Part shown: piece after piece, positions 18,001 to 20,000 of the stretch
Numbering within the stretch: the stretch's first letter is position 1
How the letters are laid out: each line of letters opens with the position of its first letter
The notes under the pieces: model-generated
The model's database searches: none
Seen by the model: the letters and a program-made list of their open reading frames with translations, nothing else
Told to the model about the DNA's origin: nothing
Position numbers and translations under genes: made by a program
Source of the DNA: an uncultured virus (IMG/VR IMGVR_UViG_3300042887_002087)
Lineage: Duplodnaviria; Heunggongvirae; Uroviricota; Caudoviricetes
Virus record (IMG/VR): IMGVR_UViG_3300042887_002087
Span: 55,241 to 75,240 of that record
Length of the DNA: 20,000 bases
Strand: one strand, 5' to 3'

Positions 18001-18820
18001 CACCATCGACATAACCGATAATTGAATCCTGTGCGGAACAACTTGAATTCATTAAACAATCAAGTGCACTACAAGCGGTGGTTAAATCATTAAAAAATGG
18101 ACCCGTATTATCGGTATTACCAATTATTGTAATTTGATATGGATGATTAATTGGTTCATTCGTTGGTGTTGGTGTACTTGTTGCCGGTACAGGTGTGTCT
18201 GTTGGTACGGGAGTTGGTGTACTTGTTGCCGGTAAAGGTGTAGGAGTATCAGTTGGTACCGATGTTGCATCTGGCGTTGGTGTAGGAGTTGGTGTTGTTG
18301 ATGTAGATTCTAATAAAATATTATCACCATTTTCTTGTAATAAACTATCACCATTCTCTTGTAATAAATTATCACCTAAATTATCAGTTGGTGTAGGTGT
18401 AGGTGTTGCCGTTGGTAAATTTGTAGGTGTAGGGGTTGGTGTTGGTAAATCTTCACCATATGTTGTAAAATAACCGTTATCATTTAACCAAGTTTTAGCA
18501 TCACTACCATTTGTAAACGGTTCTAAACCATTTGTTATTGGTAAAACGTTTAATAAATCTAATAAAGATTGTTCGGTTAAATCTGTTGATCTCCAAAAAT
18601 TAATATAAGAATCTTCATCGACAGGTGTTGGGTGGTCACCTGTTGGTACTTGATTGGCAATAACATAACCTAACTCTTCATCAGGTCCCATCCACCATTT
18701 AACCCCACCTGGATCTTGTGAATAATCTTGATCTGAAACACCTATTGCAATGTTTCCAATTTGTATTGTTCCGTCTATGGTGGAACCTGTGTTGTATGCG
18801 AAGGGTCTTGTTGTTGCCAT
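15092..18820 (-). CDS. Pro/Thr-linker (mucin-like) multidomain protein, probably virion-surface, 1242 aa
   Basis: About eight non-repetitive domains separated by (PT)n/TPTP linkers; no signal peptide or TM helix evident; late-type motif upstream. Confidence 0.8.
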   Translation of the reverse strand: MATTRPFAYNTGSTIDGTIQIGNIAIGVSDQDYSQDPGGVKWWMGPDEELGYVIANQVPTGDHPTPVDEDSYINFWRSTDLTEQSLLDLLNVLPITNGLEPFTNGSDAKTWLNDNGYFTTYGEDLPTPTPTPTNLPTATPTPTPTDNLGDNLLQENGDSLLQENGDNILLESTSTTPTPTPTPDATSVPTDTPTPLPATSTPTPVPTDTPVPATSTPTPTNEPINHPYQITIIGNTDNTGPFFNDLTTACSALDCLMNSSCSAQDSIIGYVDGEIFDYVYVSSNSNETVSLLFDGYYILADGSGLYFLTQFTDSQFVSGVNCTPATATPTPTPEGTPTPTTTPTSTPEGAVLTIIVPPGSPSIIFDGETYTSNVSAGVIKNQQYTINLDYGLSDFWYWSGDGINLPAANSKFTIVYVTGSTATLQANFYAAATLAPTETPTPLPTSTPTATPTPEPATATPTPTTTSTPTPTITVGPLDFTISYNCTAGGRISTSNHGGGSGVIDRSNNLFNTEEEALAETSWFELPNPNNFVTTGIVPPFSSGTLWVSIRDRNNPTDVFAKSITFDCTSTATPLPATNTPTPEPTVESTPTPTATEVPPTDTPTPTPEPTSGPTDTPTPTPTPVASCSGKPYVLSNLLTTPSSGESLWLSNIIPATALNLVNILGTNSSVLYFNEIDNDGTDQTTYFGNAVGTSFTVTLCQNGNSAIYSGTNSAMVYDSFNYSYFLDSTKLSLVQSSPVSTFTFGEVFYIDILVSGQSTPTPTPTSTTEPTNVPTDTPTPTPEATSTPEPATATPVPTGVPTDTPTPTPLAATSTPTPEPTSTETPLPATSTPTPTPTPIYYYYYLLNCNLGDNKYGRSLDPDINLSGFTFNVDTNICYTIAGNDDGPYYDYDLDNATIVTDCTDILCSTPTPTPTSTPTPTPTATEVPATSTPTPTPTSGSAPMTVTITEVGSNVVMSASGTVDLSGLTLVSSSAGPFGNGGLGISNATFVCGASGSSGSSYSGFTSVPSNFGSGSGLPHSSGTGQSFGVIMNMAPPYLLIVPTGYTSGANISSSQTFTGQTLSSLGLTNGTYTYTWSGGSIDVVVGIGLGGPTPTPTPTSIGGGIGAWYFYSDEGGIFDAQPPLSDGNSIFLIRNNETNEVTETFNPNKSNGVNEIYFNLDDSNGTNYTTQFTELATNGGTISITQGANTVTYTSTTPGTFFADTIGGIFTIQTGPATQTVTSANPFVYADPISITFGS
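18322..18376. repeat. 24-bp tandem repeat encoding GDNLLQEN/GDSLLQEN
   Basis: TATCACCATTTTCTTGTAATAAAC, then TATCACCATTCTCTTGTAATAAAT, then a partial TATCACC. Confidence 0.85.
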
Positions 18821-18827
18821 TATGTTA

Positions 18828-18835
18828 TATAAATA
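18828..18835 (-). promoter_or_regulatory. Putative late promoter TATTTATA upstream of the PT-rich gene
   Basis: Sense strand reads GTATTTATATAACATAATG, nearly identical to GTATTTATAACATATG before the BppU-like gene. Confidence 0.55.
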
Positions 18836-18846
18836 CTTTTATTTTT

Positions 18847-20000
18847 TTATAATCCGTATTTTGATTTGTCTGCGTTATAGTTATTCAAAACTTCAGTTGA
18901 TGTTAATGCACTACTATATATTCTAGTTATACCAATCTTTCCATCAAACCATTGTGCATATTCACCTCCATTGTATGAACCAATGTATAAGTTTGTAGTC
19001 GTATTTAATATACTAGTCAAACTATGTCCTACACTACCGATACTTGTACCATTAACAAATGTTTGGAATGTATTTGCAGCAACATTGGTAAAAACGTAAA
19101 CTATTTGATACCAATTGTTTATTGTTGTTGCGGTGTAATTTATACTATCTTGAATTAAAGTATCTCCCGAACCCGAACCCGAACCATATTGTGCATAAAA
19201 TCTTGTACCAAAAGTTCTAATACTATAACCCACATTTGTCGAAAGTCCACCTGCATTAAATTTACCAAGTACTACATCGTTACCCGACACCGCCTGATTG
19301 ACCCAAACTTCTACTGTCCAATCACCACTTCCTGGTTCTAATGCTGCATTATCTGCAACTGAAATTTGTGATGAAGAACCATTGTATGTAAAGTATGGTG
19401 ATGTGTGTGAGATATTACTCATTGTTCCATGTCTACCATTGCCACTCAAATCCGTAATGGTTGTTCCACTACCAGGATAAGATGATACATTAGAAGGGTC
19501 ATAATGTAACACCAAATTACTCGTAGTAAATCCGTCCAATGTAACACTTGGTGTTGGGGTTATTGTGGGGGTACTCGTAGGCGTTGGTGTAGGAGTAGGT
19601 TCAACAAATCTCGGAGCCAAATAATTATATTGTTGTGTTATTTCAGATAAACTTAATTGTCTATTATAGAAATACATGTTGGCAATATGTCCCCAAGGTT
19701 GAGCAACAATATCATTATTACCCCATCCCCAATGTGTGGTTCCACCAGCACCCGCACTGATTGTGCTACCCACTTGGGAACCATTTATGTAGAATGTTTG
19801 AGACGTACTTGTTCCAACTACCGCATACTGAACCCAAACACCGGCAGATGCAACATCATATCCCGAACTTTTCAAAGAAGTATCCCAATATCCTAATGTG
19901 TTTGATGCGTTAGGGATTGTAATTGGTGTGTATTTTGGCGAGTTTGTGTAAAGTAATGTTCTAAATCCAGCAGTGCTTGTTATTAATCTTGCCCAAGTAA
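18847..20000 (-). CDS. LamG/concanavalin A-like domain protein (at least two domains joined by a PT linker), 5'-truncated by the window
   Basis: LVLHYD...SYPGSGTTITDLSGNG, WTVEVW, WYQIV, FVNG, FDGKIGITRIYSSALT. The frame stays open past the track's TTG at 19875 to the window end (TWARLITSTAGFRTLLY...). Confidence 0.85.
   Translation of the reverse strand, partial: TWARLITSTAGFRTLLYTNSPKYTPITIPNASNTLGYWDTSLKSSGYDVASAGVWVQYAVVGTSTSQTFYINGSQVGSTISAGAGGTTHWGWGNNDIVAQPWGHIANMYFYNRQLSLSEITQQYNYLAPRFVEPTPTPTPTSTPTITPTPSVTLDGFTTSNLVLHYDPSNVSSYPGSGTTITDLSGNGRHGTMSNISHTSPYFTYNGSSSQISVADNAALEPGSGDWTVEVWVNQAVSGNDVVLGKFNAGGLSTNVGYSIRTFGTRFYAQYGSGSGSGDTLIQDSINYTATTINNWYQIVYVFTNVAANTFQTFVNGTSIGSVGHSLTSILNTTTNLYIGSYNGGEYAQWFDGKIGITRIYSSALTSTEVLNNYNADKSKYGL

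Noticed and set aside
12626..19896. Short alternative-frame and antisense ORFs in the fibre, PT and LamG genes (for example VGVGVG-rich 15720-16145 and 18195-18473)
   Set aside because: By-products of low-complexity Pro/Thr and Asn codons that lack stops in other frames.
1..20000. Stop-codon reassignment
   Set aside because: The standard code gives long intact ORFs covering nearly the whole window; polB ends at a TAG overlapping the convergent gene's stop.
12753..20000. Diversity-generating retroelement targeting the fibres
   Set aside because: No reverse transcriptase and no TR/VR pair with adenine-specific mismatches seen in the window.

Overview
AT-rich, densely coding segment of a large (probably jumbo) T4-like myovirus genome in the standard genetic code. 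Left to right it encodes: an enlarged contractile tail sheath (-); a small ribbon-helix-helix-like ORF missed by the ORF track (+); gp15-like tail terminator and gp14-like head-closure proteins (-); a SMARCAL1/HARP-type SNF2 ATPase (+); a small ORF (-); a gp13-like neck protein (+); a family B DNA polymerase (-); and a minus-strand block with a BppU-like protein, a 2OG-Fe(II) oxygenase, an Asn-rich beta-helix fibre, a 1242-aa Pro/Thr-linker multidomain protein and a LamG protein running off the right edge. Low GC and mostly SD-less starts are compatible with a Bacteroidota host (inference). The most notable observations are: (1) a near-perfect chromosomal-type parS palindrome in a repeat-rich intergenic region after the sheath terminator; (2) strong enrichment of an [S/T]-G-x-T motif in virion proteins, alongside mucin-like Pro/Thr linkers and an adjacent hydroxylase, which together suggest a virion post-translational modification system; (3) a sense-strand TATTTAT motif before nearly every structural gene, the reverse complement of the T4 late promoter; (4) a beads-on-a-string surface protein with a duplicated domain, a PEP-CTERM-protein-like domain and exact DNA repeats in its linkers. 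All family calls come from motif recognition by eye; no database searches were run.
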